Shown: positions 18,811 through 28,929, numbered from the stretch's first letter. The stretch: DNA of 64,000 nucleotides from Candidatus Omnitrophota bacterium (GCA_013285735.1 JABDGZ010000003.1:19756-83755); one strand, 5' to 3'. Notes: a model not told the origin generated them from the letters alone. Numbers and translations are program-made.

Positions 18811-19767
18811 ATGAATTATTACATTGGTCTCGACATAGGCGGTACTAAAATTGCTGGGGCTTTAGTTTCAGCCTCTGGCAGGATTTTGACCCGTACCAAA
18901 ACATCCACACCCAAAAGGGTGAATCCAAAAGATATTTACGCTTCCATAACCGATTCCGTTGAAGAGTTGATCCACGCGGGCGGCATTAAACTTAGCCTTA
19001 TTAAAGGTATTGGGGTGGGGGTTCCTGGTATTGTGGATACCCGTAATCACCATATTTTAGCAGCCCCGAATATCGCGCTTACCGGTTTTCCTTTAAGTGC
19101 TTCTTTAAAAAGGAAATTCCATATGCGGGTGGTCATGACCAATGATGTTAATGCTGGTTTGCTCGGTGAAGCATGGCTAGGTGCGGCCAAAGGACTATCA
19201 CATGTGGTGGGTATTTTCCCTGGGACAGGTGTTGGTGGGGCAGTTATCAGTGACGGTAAATTACTTTTAGGCGCCCAGGGTGCGGCGACGGAATTAGGCC
19301 ATGTGATCGTGAAATTGGATGGTCCGTTGTGCCATTGCGGTAATCGTGGTTGCCTGGAGGCATTGACCAGCCGCTGGGCCATTGAGAGAGACATTCGTTT
19401 GGCGGTTAAAGCCGGAAAAAGCACCATTGTCACAAAACTTAATGATGGCAAATTAGATATGATTAAAAGCCGGATTTTAAAAGAAGCCCTGATTAAGAAT
19501 GACACAGTGGTCAAATCAGTCGTATCCAAAGCGGCCATGGTTTTAGGCAAGACAGCTGTTTCGTTAAATCACACCTTTAATCCCCAAGCCATTATTTTTG
19601 GCGGGGGAGTGATCAAAGCTTGCGGGGATTTTATCCTGCCTATTGTCACTAAAGAACTTAAAGCTGATCCCTTTTTCAAAAAATTCAACACCTGCCGCAT
19701 TCTACCTTCCAAACTTGGCGACGACGCCGTCATCCTAGGCGCCGCCCGTCTAGCGCAACAGCCGTAG
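18811..19767 (+). CDS. ROK-family glucokinase
   Basis: YIGLDIGGTKIAGALV ATP-binding motif and ROK zinc motif CHCGNRGCLE. The ATG at 18811 is preferred because the 18796 ATG lies inside the upstream repeat arm. Confidence 0.75.
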   Translation: MNYYIGLDIGGTKIAGALVSASGRILTRTKTSTPKRVNPKDIYASITDSVEELIHAGGIKLSLIKGIGVGVPGIVDTRNHHILAAPNIALTGFPLSASLKRKFHMRVVMTNDVNAGLLGEAWLGAAKGLSHVVGIFPGTGVGGAVISDGKLLLGAQGAATELGHVIVKLDGPLCHCGNRGCLEALTSRWAIERDIRLAVKAGKSTIVTKLNDGKLDMIKSRILKEALIKNDTVVKSVVSKAAMVLGKTAVSLNHTFNPQAIIFGGGVIKACGDFILPIVTKELKADPFFKKFNTCRILPSKLGDDAVILGAARLAQQP

Positions 19768-20160
19768 AAGTATTGTAAGGAAAAGATTTATTACTCGCTA
19801 TAGCGGGTCCTGTCTCTTCATTGATGTTAAGGTGCTCCTAATTGAAACGCGGACGTCACAGCCTTATAGAACGGTGGTTTCCCTTAATTAGCCCAGAGAA
19901 CCGTTACCGTCCGCCCCATATTCCCTATTTCTTGCTCGGCATTACTTCCTCAACTGTGCGATAACCAAAAAACAGGGAATTTTTCAGAGCCACCCGCCGC
20001 AGGAGCTTTATCAAAAATATATCCTTATATTCCTCAATCGCATGTAAACCTTGCGAAGGCTGATATCGATGTCAGCCGTCCATGCTTGGTAAGAAAATAT
20101 CCCGCCATTAAAAGTATCATTTGTATTGAAGCCGTAGTTAGCAATGGCTATAATGCCAGG

Positions 20161-22089
20161 ATGGCTCAATCGATTGATCCCAAAGGTAATGTCCTCTCCG
20201 CTTCCCTGATCACTGACCACGACACGTATCTTTTCAAAGAAGGCAATCATTTTAAACTGTATGAAAAGTTAGGCGCCCATCCGGGTATTGTCGAGGGTGT
20301 GGCAGGTACGCATTTTGCTGTCTGGGCACCCAATGCCAAGCAAGTTTCTGTGATTGGTAATTTTAATCATTGGGACAGGAACCAGCATCCATTGGCCCCT
20401 CGCTGGGACTCATCTGGGATTTGGCAGGGCTTTATTCCTCAGGTGGGCCGTGGTGAGTTGTATAAGTTTTACATCGTTTCTAATCACAATTATTATCAAG
20501 TTGAAAAGCAAGATCCCTTTGCGATATTCAATGAAGTGGCACCTAAGACAGCATCGATTATCTGGGATTTGGATTATTCCTGGCAGGATAGTACCTGGAT
20601 GAAGGAGCGTCACAAGTATAACAGCCTTGATGCCCCAATGTCCATTTACGAAATGCATTTAGGCTCATGGAAGAGGGTGGTTGAAGAGAAAAACCGGCCG
20701 ATGACTTATCGGGAACTGGCCCAAGAATTACCCAAGTATATAAAAGAATTAGGATTTACCCATGTCCAGTTTTTACCGGTGATGGAACATCCTTTTTACG
20801 GTTCCTGGGGGTATCAGACCTTGGGGTATTTTTCACCGACTAGCCGTTACGGGAACCCGCAGGATTTTATGTTTCTGGTGGATGCTCTGCATCAAAATGG
20901 CATCGGGGTCATTTTAGACTGGGTGCCGTCACATTTTCCTTCCGACGAGCATGGCTTGGCGTATTTTGACGGCACGCATTTATTTGAGCATGATGATCCG
21001 CGTAAAGGATTTCATCCGGACTGGAAAAGTTATATTTATAATTATGGCCGCAATGAAGTGCGGGCATTTTTGATTTCGAGTGCCATGTTTTGGCTGGAAA
21101 AATTCCATATTGATGCCCTGCGTGTCGACGCGGTCGCGTCCATGCTGTATCTGGACTATTCCCGTAAGGACAATGAGTGGATTCCCAATAACAGCGGCGG
21201 CCGGGAAAATGTGGAAGCTATTCATTTTTTGCGTAGGCTTAATGAAACCGCCTACAAAGAACATCCGGATATTCAAATGATCGCTGAAGAATCAACTGCC
21301 TGGGCCGGAGTATCAAGGCCGGTGCATACCGGCGGTCTTGGCTTTGGCATGAAATGGAACATGGGCTGGATGCATGACACCTTGCTGTACATGTCCAAAG
21401 ATCCTGTTTACCGCAAATATCATCACAATGATTTAACGTTTAGTTTTTATTACGCGTTCACCGAGAATTTTGTGCTGTCACTTTCTCATGATGAGGTCGT
21501 GCATGGCAAGGGCGCCCTGGCCGCTAAAATGCCAGGGGATGATTGGCAGAAATTTGCTAATCTGCGTTTACTCTTAGGGTATATGTTCGCGCATCCTGGT
21601 AAAAAGCTGATTTTTATGGGCATTGAAATGGCCCAGTGGAGCGAATGGAAGCATGATCAAAGCATTGATTGGCATCTTTTACAATACGGCCCTCATCAGG
21701 GTATTCATCAATGGGTCAAAGATTTGAATAAGCTTTACCGTAATGAGCCGGCACTTTTTCAACGTGACTTTACGCCCGATGGTTTTGAGTGGATTGACCT
21801 TAATGATTATAATCAAGGAGTTATTAGTTTTTTACGCAAGTCCGCGGATGGCAAGAGTAAAATCGTGGCTGTTTGCAATTTTACACCGATGACCTGGCAT
21901 AATTATACTATTGGAGTTCCAAACCAAGGGTTGTGGAGGGAGTTGATTAATAGTGACGCTGCTATTTATGGCGGCAGCGGCCAGGGCAATTTAGGCGGTA
22001 AGCAGGCTGAGGCTAAACCCTTTCACGGCCGGCCGTATTCCATCTCTCTGACCATCCCACCTTTGGGCATTATATTTTTGAAAATATAG
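20161..22089 (+). CDS. glgB: 1,4-alpha-glucan branching enzyme (GH13)
   Basis: MAQSIDPKG start. GH13 blocks DWVPSHF, GFHIDALRVDAVASM, IAEEST, SHDEV. The 20086 GTG extension is unlikely. Confidence 0.9.
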   Translation: MAQSIDPKGNVLSASLITDHDTYLFKEGNHFKLYEKLGAHPGIVEGVAGTHFAVWAPNAKQVSVIGNFNHWDRNQHPLAPRWDSSGIWQGFIPQVGRGELYKFYIVSNHNYYQVEKQDPFAIFNEVAPKTASIIWDLDYSWQDSTWMKERHKYNSLDAPMSIYEMHLGSWKRVVEEKNRPMTYRELAQELPKYIKELGFTHVQFLPVMEHPFYGSWGYQTLGYFSPTSRYGNPQDFMFLVDALHQNGIGVILDWVPSHFPSDEHGLAYFDGTHLFEHDDPRKGFHPDWKSYIYNYGRNEVRAFLISSAMFWLEKFHIDALRVDAVASMLYLDYSRKDNEWIPNNSGGRENVEAIHFLRRLNETAYKEHPDIQMIAEESTAWAGVSRPVHTGGLGFGMKWNMGWMHDTLLYMSKDPVYRKYHHNDLTFSFYYAFTENFVLSLSHDEVVHGKGALAAKMPGDDWQKFANLRLLLGYMFAHPGKKLIFMGIEMAQWSEWKHDQSIDWHLLQYGPHQGIHQWVKDLNKLYRNEPALFQRDFTPDGFEWIDLNDYNQGVISFLRKSADGKSKIVAVCNFTPMTWHNYTIGVPNQGLWRELINSDAAIYGGSGQGNLGGKQAEAKPFHGRPYSISLTIPPLGIIFLKI

Positions 22090-22120
22090 GCTGCCATTAA
22101 TCTTATAACTAAGTCCAGAG

Positions 22121-22149
22121 TTGACGATGCTTGCTCTTGAGATTAGAAT
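22121..22149 (+). promoter_or_regulatory. Sigma70-like promoter for the wHTH/GH57/malQ unit
   Basis: TTGACG (22121-22126), 17-nt spacer, TAGAAT (22144-22149). GGAGGAG SD precedes the ATG at 22176. Confidence 0.4.
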
Positions 22150-22175
22150 ATTAGTCAGAATATACTGGAGGAGAT

Positions 22176-22439
22176 ATGATGAAAGAAAAAGTTATTGAAA
22201 CAGCAGGAAAGGCATGGCGATTTTTAGGGCAGAACGGGCAAACAAATGTTGCCCAATTGGCCAAGGCGCTTAAAGAGAAGGATGAAGTGGTTCTTCAGGC
22301 GGTAGGTTGGCTGGCCCGCGAGGATAAAATCGACTATACCGTTAAGAACCGCCGCACCTTTGTTTCTTTGGTAGAAGGGGAATTACGTGCTTTTAACACG
22401 GCTGTTTACAATATGCATGGGAAGGTTAAGGGGAGCTGA
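22176..22439 (+). CDS. Small winged-helix protein (DUF2582-like)
   Basis: 87 aa. AGKAWRFLGQNGQTNVAQLAKAL...AVGWLAREDKI matches the DUF2582 wHTH pattern. Confidence 0.6.
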   Translation: MMKEKVIETAGKAWRFLGQNGQTNVAQLAKALKEKDEVVLQAVGWLAREDKIDYTVKNRRTFVSLVEGELRAFNTAVYNMHGKVKGS

Positions 22440-22441
22440 CT

Positions 22442-24889
22442 TTGAACAGATTCGTTTGTATTCATGGACATTTTTACCAGCCTCCGCGAGAGAATCCGTG
22501 GCTGGATGAAGTAGAAGTACAAGATACTGCTTATCCTTATCATGATTGGAATGAGCGGGTGACGGCGGAATGCTATGCCCGTAACGCAGCTGCACGTATT
22601 TTAGATGATAATCGCCGCATTGTTGATATCGTTAATAATTATTCCAAGATCAGTTTTAATTTTGGACCTACCCTTTTATCGTGGATGGAAATTAAAGACC
22701 CTGAAATTTACGCGGCTGTTTTAGAAGCGGACCGGTTAAGTCAGAAGAATTTTTCCGGACACGGCTCTGCGATGGCCCAAGTTTATAATCATATCATCAT
22801 GCCTCTGGCTAATACCAGAGACAAGCGGACGCAAATTATCTGGGGGATTAAAGATTTTGAGTCACGGTTTAAGCGAAAACCTGAAGGCATGTGGCTGGCT
22901 GAAACAGCTGTTGATTTAGAAACCTTGGATTTGATGGCAGAGCAGGGGATTAAGTTTACCGTGTTAGCACCCCATCAAGCCAAACGTATCAAGCAAAGCC
23001 ACCAGGAAATGCTATGGCGTGACGTGTCTGTGGCCAAGGTTGACCCTCGCGTGCCGTATCTTTGTTACCTGCCTTCTGGACGACAAATTTCTATTTTCTT
23101 TTATGATGGGCCCATTGCGCAGGGCGTTGCTTTTGAAGGTTTGCTGAATAATGGTGAAATGTTTGCCCGACGGCTGACGGACAGTTTTAGTGCGACCAAT
23201 CCTAATGCTCAAGTCGTTAATATCGCGACGGATGGAGAGACTTACGGCCATCACCATAAGTTTGGTGACATGGCCCTGGCCTATTGCCTGCATTTTATTG
23301 AAAGTAATCAGTTGGCCCAATTGACCATCTATGGCGAATTTTTGCAAAAATTCCCTCCGACGCAAGAGGTGGAGATTGTTGAGGATTCGTCCTGGAGCTG
23401 CGTGCATGGCATCGAGCGCTGGCGTTCGGATTGCGGCTGTTCAACCGGCGGTCAACCTGGATGGAATCAAAAGTGGCGTGCTCCCCTAAGAGAGTCTTTG
23501 GATTGGCTGCGTGATCAGTTGGCTCCTTTATATGAAGTTCAAATGAAAAGCTTTACTAATGACCCATGGGGTGTGCGGGATAAATATATCGAAGTTATTT
23601 TAGATCGCAGTGAAGAGAATATGGGGCTTTTTTTACAAAACGTCACTGGACGGCCTCTCAAGGAAGAGGAGAAAATTAAAATCCTCAAGCTTTTGGAAAT
23701 ACAGACGAATGCCATGTTGATGTACACCTCCTGCGGCTGGTTTTTTAATGAGGTTTCCGGTCTTGAGACGGTGCAGATCCTGAAATACGCGGCACGTGCG
23801 ATCCAATTGGCCAAGGATGTCGCTGCTGTTGATTTGGAAGAAGGTTTTATCTTTCGTTTGAATAATGTGATCAGCAATGTGCCTGAATTAAAAGACGGTG
23901 CCCAGATTTACCGCACCATGGTCAAGCCTTCTGTCGTCGATCTTTTGCGCGTGGGTGCTCATTACGCCATGACATCTTTATTTGAGCAGTATACGTCTAA
24001 AACAAATATGTATAGTTATACCGTTAAAAGCGAGCAGTATGATCTTAAAGAGGCCGGGCGCCTGCGTTTGGCCGTAGGCCGTGCGATGGTGCGCTCAAAA
24101 GACACCTGGGAGCAGGCCACTGTTTGTTTCGCGGTGCTGCATTTAGGCGACCATAATTTTATCGGTGGGGTGGATTATTTAAATGCCGATGAGTTTGCCA
24201 AGATGCGTACCCTCATGACGAACGCTTTTTTAGAGAGTGATATTCCCAGTGTCATCGGGGTCATTAAAGATTATTTTAAATATCATAATTACTCGCTCTG
24301 GCACCTGTTTAAAGAGGAGCAGCAAAAAATCCTTAATCAGGTTCTAGGATCAACGATGGATGATATTGAAACGAGTTTCCGTCAGATTTATGATCATCAT
24401 TATCCTTTAATGCAGATCAAAAATGAAATCAGTTTGCCCCTGCCGCGCATGCTGATGACGGTCGTGGAATTTGTCCTTAACCGTGATATCAGCGTTGTTC
24501 TCGAGGCTGAAGATGTGGACATTAACCGTTTTAGGCAATTAATCGAAGAGATGAAACGCTGGTCTTTTAAGCGTGACCAGGCTAATTTTTCCTTTTTGGC
24601 GTCCCAGCGGATCAGCAGCCTGATGAAACGTTTTTCTGATAATCCCGAAAATATTCAACTGATGGAAAAAATCATTATTATCCTGGAACTCTTGACACCG
24701 TTGAGCCTGGACTTGGACCTTTGGAAAACCCAAAATACCTATTTTGCCATGGGACGTAAAATTTATCCGGACATTGTTTCTCAGGCAGGGACTGATGAGC
24801 TGGCAGCACGCTGGGTGAAACACTTTGAACACTTAGGCGATATTCTTCAAGTGAAGGTCACCTCACCACTTTTAGCTGGTAAATCATAA
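22442..24889 (+). CDS. Glycoside hydrolase family 57 protein with long C-terminal (DUF3536-like) region
   Basis: TTG start. N-terminal CIHGHFYQPPRENPW, then GHGSAMAQVYNHIIMPL and TDGETYGHHH, the GH57 catalytic blocks. 815 aa. Confidence 0.85.
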   Translation: MNRFVCIHGHFYQPPRENPWLDEVEVQDTAYPYHDWNERVTAECYARNAAARILDDNRRIVDIVNNYSKISFNFGPTLLSWMEIKDPEIYAAVLEADRLSQKNFSGHGSAMAQVYNHIIMPLANTRDKRTQIIWGIKDFESRFKRKPEGMWLAETAVDLETLDLMAEQGIKFTVLAPHQAKRIKQSHQEMLWRDVSVAKVDPRVPYLCYLPSGRQISIFFYDGPIAQGVAFEGLLNNGEMFARRLTDSFSATNPNAQVVNIATDGETYGHHHKFGDMALAYCLHFIESNQLAQLTIYGEFLQKFPPTQEVEIVEDSSWSCVHGIERWRSDCGCSTGGQPGWNQKWRAPLRESLDWLRDQLAPLYEVQMKSFTNDPWGVRDKYIEVILDRSEENMGLFLQNVTGRPLKEEEKIKILKLLEIQTNAMLMYTSCGWFFNEVSGLETVQILKYAARAIQLAKDVAAVDLEEGFIFRLNNVISNVPELKDGAQIYRTMVKPSVVDLLRVGAHYAMTSLFEQYTSKTNMYSYTVKSEQYDLKEAGRLRLAVGRAMVRSKDTWEQATVCFAVLHLGDHNFIGGVDYLNADEFAKMRTLMTNAFLESDIPSVIGVIKDYFKYHNYSLWHLFKEEQQKILNQVLGSTMDDIETSFRQIYDHHYPLMQIKNEISLPLPRMLMTVVEFVLNRDISVVLEAEDVDINRFRQLIEEMKRWSFKRDQANFSFLASQRISSLMKRFSDNPENIQLMEKIIIILELLTPLSLDLDLWKTQNTYFAMGRKIYPDIVSQAGTDELAARWVKHFEHLGDILQVKVTSPLLAGKS

Positions 24890-24895
24890 GGTCAT

Positions 24896-26407
24896 TTGAG
24901 TCGCATGCATAAAAACAGAAGCGGTATTTTATTGCATATCACCTCCTTACCCTCCAAATATGGCATAGGGGACATGGGATCTTTTGCCTATGCGTTTGTC
25001 GATTTTTTAAATTCCAGTGGCCAAAAGTATTGGCAGATACTGCCTATCAATCCTACAGATGGTATTAACGGTAACTCACCGTATAGCTGTTCTTCAGCTT
25101 TTGCCGGAAATCCGTTACTCATAAGCCCTGAGATGATGGTCATTGAGAATTTTTTACAGGCTTCAGATCTTAATGTTCCAATTCCTTTTCTTGACCAACG
25201 TGTGGAGTATGCCAAGGTGGCACCTTTTAAAGAGAAGCTTTTTAATATTGCTTTTCGTCGTTTTCAAAAAAGGACGGACCGTCATGATTTTAATGATTTT
25301 GTCCGTGCCCAGCATTATTGGCTTGAAGATTTTGCTTTATACACCGTTATAAAATCTGTCCATGGCGGGTTGGGCTGGAATGATTGGCCCAAGGATTTAA
25401 AGAACCGTCAGCCTCGGGCATTGGAAGAATTCGCCCAAAAGAATTCTTTAGCTCTAGAGAAGGTTAAGTTTATCCAGTATTTATTTTTCCGTCAATGGCA
25501 TAAACTCAAGAATTATGCTAACAATAAAGGTATAGCTATCATCGGAGATATCCCCATTTATGTTAATTATGATAGTGTGGAGGTTTGGCGGCACCCATCT
25601 TATTTTAAACTTGATAGCGAAGGGCATATGAAATTTATCAGCGGTGTGCCTCCTGATTATTTTTCCAGGACCGGCCAACGCTGGGGGAATCCGGTATATA
25701 ACTGGGCGCAATTGAAAAAGGTCAAATACAGCTGGTGGGTCGAGCGCATCGCGCATGATTTGCAGTTGTTTGATTACTTGCGCATTGACCATTTCCGGGG
25801 ATTTGCCGGTTTTTGGCAAATACCTGCACATGAAAAATTAGCTGTTTTCGGCCGATGGGTCATGGGGCCAGGGGCATCCTTTTTTAAGGTGCTGTCCCGT
25901 CGTTTTAAGCATCTTCCTATTATTGCCGAAGATCTGGGAGAAATCACGCCGGATGTCATTGAGCTTATGGAAAAATTTGGTTTTCCAGGCATGAGGGTAT
26001 TATTGTTTGCTTTTAATGGAGATATTAGTACCAATCCGCATGTGCCTGCTAATTATCCGGTACATTGTGTCGCCTATAGCGGCACCCATGATAATAATAC
26101 TATCCAGGGATGGTATCGCCGGGAGGCCAAGCCGCATGAAAAAGCTAACTTGCATCAAGTGTTGGGCGTAAAATTTACACCTGGGAATTTGCATTGGACA
26201 ATGATTGAAGTATTGATGAAGTCTCGGGCTGAAACAGTCATTATCCCAATGCCTGATTTTTTAGGTTTAAAGGAAGATGGGCGTATGAATACGCCAGCCA
26301 CCAAGGTCAATAATTGGCAATGGCGGCTAAAGGCAAAAGCGTTGACATCGAAATTAAGCAAGAAAATTGCCCGTATCACGAAAAAAACAGGGAGGGTGAA
26401 TGAATAA
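24896..26407 (+). CDS. malQ: 4-alpha-glucanotransferase (amylomaltase, GH77)
   Basis: SGILLHITSLPS, GDIPIYV, LRIDHFRGF and GTHDN blocks of GH77. Confidence 0.85.
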   Translation: MSRMHKNRSGILLHITSLPSKYGIGDMGSFAYAFVDFLNSSGQKYWQILPINPTDGINGNSPYSCSSAFAGNPLLISPEMMVIENFLQASDLNVPIPFLDQRVEYAKVAPFKEKLFNIAFRRFQKRTDRHDFNDFVRAQHYWLEDFALYTVIKSVHGGLGWNDWPKDLKNRQPRALEEFAQKNSLALEKVKFIQYLFFRQWHKLKNYANNKGIAIIGDIPIYVNYDSVEVWRHPSYFKLDSEGHMKFISGVPPDYFSRTGQRWGNPVYNWAQLKKVKYSWWVERIAHDLQLFDYLRIDHFRGFAGFWQIPAHEKLAVFGRWVMGPGASFFKVLSRRFKHLPIIAEDLGEITPDVIELMEKFGFPGMRVLLFAFNGDISTNPHVPANYPVHCVAYSGTHDNNTIQGWYRREAKPHEKANLHQVLGVKFTPGNLHWTMIEVLMKSRAETVIIPMPDFLGLKEDGRMNTPATKVNNWQWRLKAKALTSKLSKKIARITKKTGRVNE

Positions 26408-27008
26408 ACTGCAATCAACCTTGGTCATTGTGTTGATTTTAATCGGAGCTATCGTTGGTGCGAAGATTTATTTTGCGCCTAAAAAAGTTGAAATCAATTT
26501 ACAGTCGGCCCGTGCCAAAGGCAATCCGCAGGCCCGTGTTAAAATTGTGGAATTTATTGATTTTCAATGCCCGGCTTGCGCCTATGGTATAAATTTTCTA
26601 AAGACATTTTTTGAACAACATCCTAATGATCTTTATCTGCAGGTAAGGTATTTTCCTTTAACCAATATGCATCATCATGCCATGCTCAGCGCTCTTTACA
26701 GCGAATGTGCCTCTCGCCAGGGAAAATTCTGGGAATTGGATGATCTGATGATACCTCAACAAAGCCAGTGGGCGCAATTGATCAACCCCGATCCTGTTTT
26801 TCAGTCGATGGCAGGACAGGTGGGGATGGACATGACTCAGTTAAACGCCTGCTTGGCCTCAGATGACGCGCGTAAAGTCATTAATGACGAAAAATCCCTG
26901 GGGCAGTCCATGGGGATTTCTTCTACACCGACGTATTTTATCAATGGTAAAATGGTGGTGGGCGCTAAATCGATGCAGGATGAACTAAAGAATTATTTCC
27001 CCAATTAA
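26400..27008 (+). CDS. DsbA-like thiol:disulfide oxidoreductase with N-terminal anchor
   Basis: FQCPAC thioredoxin-fold active site and an N-terminal TM/signal segment. Confidence 0.7.
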   Translation: MNKLQSTLVIVLILIGAIVGAKIYFAPKKVEINLQSARAKGNPQARVKIVEFIDFQCPACAYGINFLKTFFEQHPNDLYLQVRYFPLTNMHHHAMLSALYSECASRQGKFWELDDLMIPQQSQWAQLINPDPVFQSMAGQVGMDMTQLNACLASDDARKVINDEKSLGQSMGISSTPTYFINGKMVVGAKSMQDELKNYFPN

Positions 27009-27025
27009 TCTTAAGGTTAATCCTT

Positions 27026-27463
27026 ATGTTGTTTCTTCTTCGTATCATCATCGGCAGTGTTTTCATAGTCTCGGGGTTAGGCAAGCTTCTGGCCCCGTAT
27101 CAGAATTTCTTGTATGTGATCCAGGCCTATCAGTTATTACCTTCATGGGCTGAGGTTTTAGTCGCCCAGATTTTTCCGTGGCTAGAATTGATCGTCGGAG
27201 TTTTTGTTGCTTTAGGCTTGTGGACATCTTGGAGTTTAAGAGGGGCAGGGATTTTATTCGGTATTTTCGTGGTGGTGGTGGGACAGGCGCTGATACGGGG
27301 TTTACCACTCGAGAATTGCGGCTGTTTCGGTGAGTGGATCCATTTAAAACCGCAGACGGTCATCGTCATGGACAGTTTAAGTCTTTTGCTGACCTTGGTA
27401 TTGTTGCGCAACCTTTCATCTGTCCAAAAATTCAGTTTGGATTCTCGTTTTGATCAAACATGA
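27026..27463 (+). CDS. MauE/DoxX-like membrane protein
   Basis: 145 aa, four TM segments, a CGCFG motif, adjacent to the DsbA-like gene. Confidence 0.55.
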   Translation: MLFLLRIIIGSVFIVSGLGKLLAPYQNFLYVIQAYQLLPSWAEVLVAQIFPWLELIVGVFVALGLWTSWSLRGAGILFGIFVVVVGQALIRGLPLENCGCFGEWIHLKPQTVIVMDSLSLLLTLVLLRNLSSVQKFSLDSRFDQT

Positions 27464-28929
27464 AACAAATTTTTCTTTTATTGGTTTTGCTGATGGTTTT
27501 TTCCATTCAATCCTGGGGTGGGGATATGATCAAGGAACCGAATGTGGCCGGCGGTTTTTATAGTGCTGATCCTAAAGAACTTTCTGATTCGATCGATTAT
27601 CTTGAACAGTCAACCGGCCCAGTACCGACGGACCGGAAGGTGGAGATAGCCATTGCCCCGCATGCCGGGTATCCTTACTCGGGACCTGTTGCCGCTTATA
27701 CGTACAAGGCCATTGCACATAACCATTACAAGACGATCGTGATCATTGGTCCCAGTCATTTTTTTCCTTTTGAAGGTATTTCTGTTTGGCCCAAGGGTGG
27801 ATTTAAAACGCCGTTAGGAATAGTCCCTGTCGACGAAGATTTTGCCCAGGCACTTTTGAAAGAGAGCCCTAGTTTTAAATTTTTGCCCCAGGTCTATGAG
27901 CGTGAGCATGCCATTGAGGTTGAGTTGCCATTTTTACAAAAGACCTTTGGGAGCGTGTCGATTGTGCCTATTCTGATGGGGGACCCTGACCCTCAGGTTT
28001 GCAGGGATTTGGCTGTAGCGTTAGACAAGCTCATTGGTCAGCGTGATGATGTTTTGATTTTGATCTCTTCGGATATGTCGCATTATTATACTTACGATGT
28101 GGCTAACCGCATGGATGCTTTGACCCTGCAAGCCATCCAGGCGATTGATCCTGAGAAATTTTTTGAAGGCAATGTAAGTCGTAAAATGGAAATGTGCGGA
28201 TTTGTCCCCGTGACCACCGCATTGATCTATGCCCGTTTGCGGGGGATTCGACACGTGGAAGTCTTAAAGCATGCTAATTCCGGGGATACATCAGGGGACA
28301 AAAGTAGAGTGGTGGGTTATTCGTCGGTGATTTTTTATAATGATCTTTTAGGCCAGCCAGAATCTCAAGAAAGTCAAGTGAAGGCGTTAAACTCAGCAGA
28401 AAAAAAAGAGCTTTTGAAAATCGCCCGCCATAGCATTGAAACCTTTGTTAAAACCGGCAAGATACCGGATATTGCCGTTAAGGATACGAGGCTCAATGAA
28501 TATGAGGGGGCCTTTGTGACCATCCGCAAACAGGGGGCGTTACGCGGTTGTATTGGTAATATTATTGGTCAGGAGCCTTTATATGAAACCGTGCGCGACA
28601 TGGCCGTGGCTGCAGCTTCCCAAGACCCGCGTTTTACTCCCTTGACCGTGGCGGAATTAAACAGTATCGACATTGAAATTTCTGTTTTATCCAAACCACG
28701 CCGTGTCAAAGACGCTTCAGAGATCCAATTAGGAAAGCATGGGGTGATTGTCAGCGATGGACAACATCAGGGTATTTTCTTGCCTCAAGTGGCAGATGAA
28801 ACCGGATGGGGCAAGGAAGAATTTCTGTCGCAACTATGCAGTCAAAAAGCCGGCTTGCCGCCGGACGCCTGGAAAGACCCCAAGGTCGCCCTATACGTCT
28901 TCACCGCCGATGTTTTTGCGGAAAAATAA
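27460..28929 (+). CDS. Memo-like (AmmeMemoRadiSam protein B) fused to AMMECR1 (protein A), with predicted signal peptide
   Basis: N-terminal MKQIFLLLVLLMVFSIQSWG. Memo motif APHAGYPYSGPVAA. AMMECR1 motif GAFVTIRKQGALRGCIG. Confidence 0.8.
   Translation: MKQIFLLLVLLMVFSIQSWGGDMIKEPNVAGGFYSADPKELSDSIDYLEQSTGPVPTDRKVEIAIAPHAGYPYSGPVAAYTYKAIAHNHYKTIVIIGPSHFFPFEGISVWPKGGFKTPLGIVPVDEDFAQALLKESPSFKFLPQVYEREHAIEVELPFLQKTFGSVSIVPILMGDPDPQVCRDLAVALDKLIGQRDDVLILISSDMSHYYTYDVANRMDALTLQAIQAIDPEKFFEGNVSRKMEMCGFVPVTTALIYARLRGIRHVEVLKHANSGDTSGDKSRVVGYSSVIFYNDLLGQPESQESQVKALNSAEKKELLKIARHSIETFVKTGKIPDIAVKDTRLNEYEGAFVTIRKQGALRGCIGNIIGQEPLYETVRDMAVAAASQDPRFTPLTVAELNSIDIEISVLSKPRRVKDASEIQLGKHGVIVSDGQHQGIFLPQVADETGWGKEEFLSQLCSQKAGLPPDAWKDPKVALYVFTADVFAEK

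Noticed and set aside
19047-19550. A 167-aa ORF antisense to the ROK glucokinase. Similar long antisense ORFs occur at 23012-23407, 34310-34687, 35513-35860 and 37102-37500.
   Set aside because: Each lies entirely inside a confidently assigned gene on the other strand. None has a recognisable motif, and all have a Pro/Ser/Arg-rich composition typical of shadow ORFs.
19790-20010. Possible RNase P RNA on the minus strand, based on GAGGAAGTAATGCC, GGTAACGG...GGGAAACC and ACAGGACCCGCTATA strings that recall P4/P10-12 motifs.
   Set aside because: The motifs are only partial. The spacing of about 165 nt between the putative P4 strands is far too short for bacterial RNase P. The required P4 pairing does not form. 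The region is kept only as an unassigned structured region.
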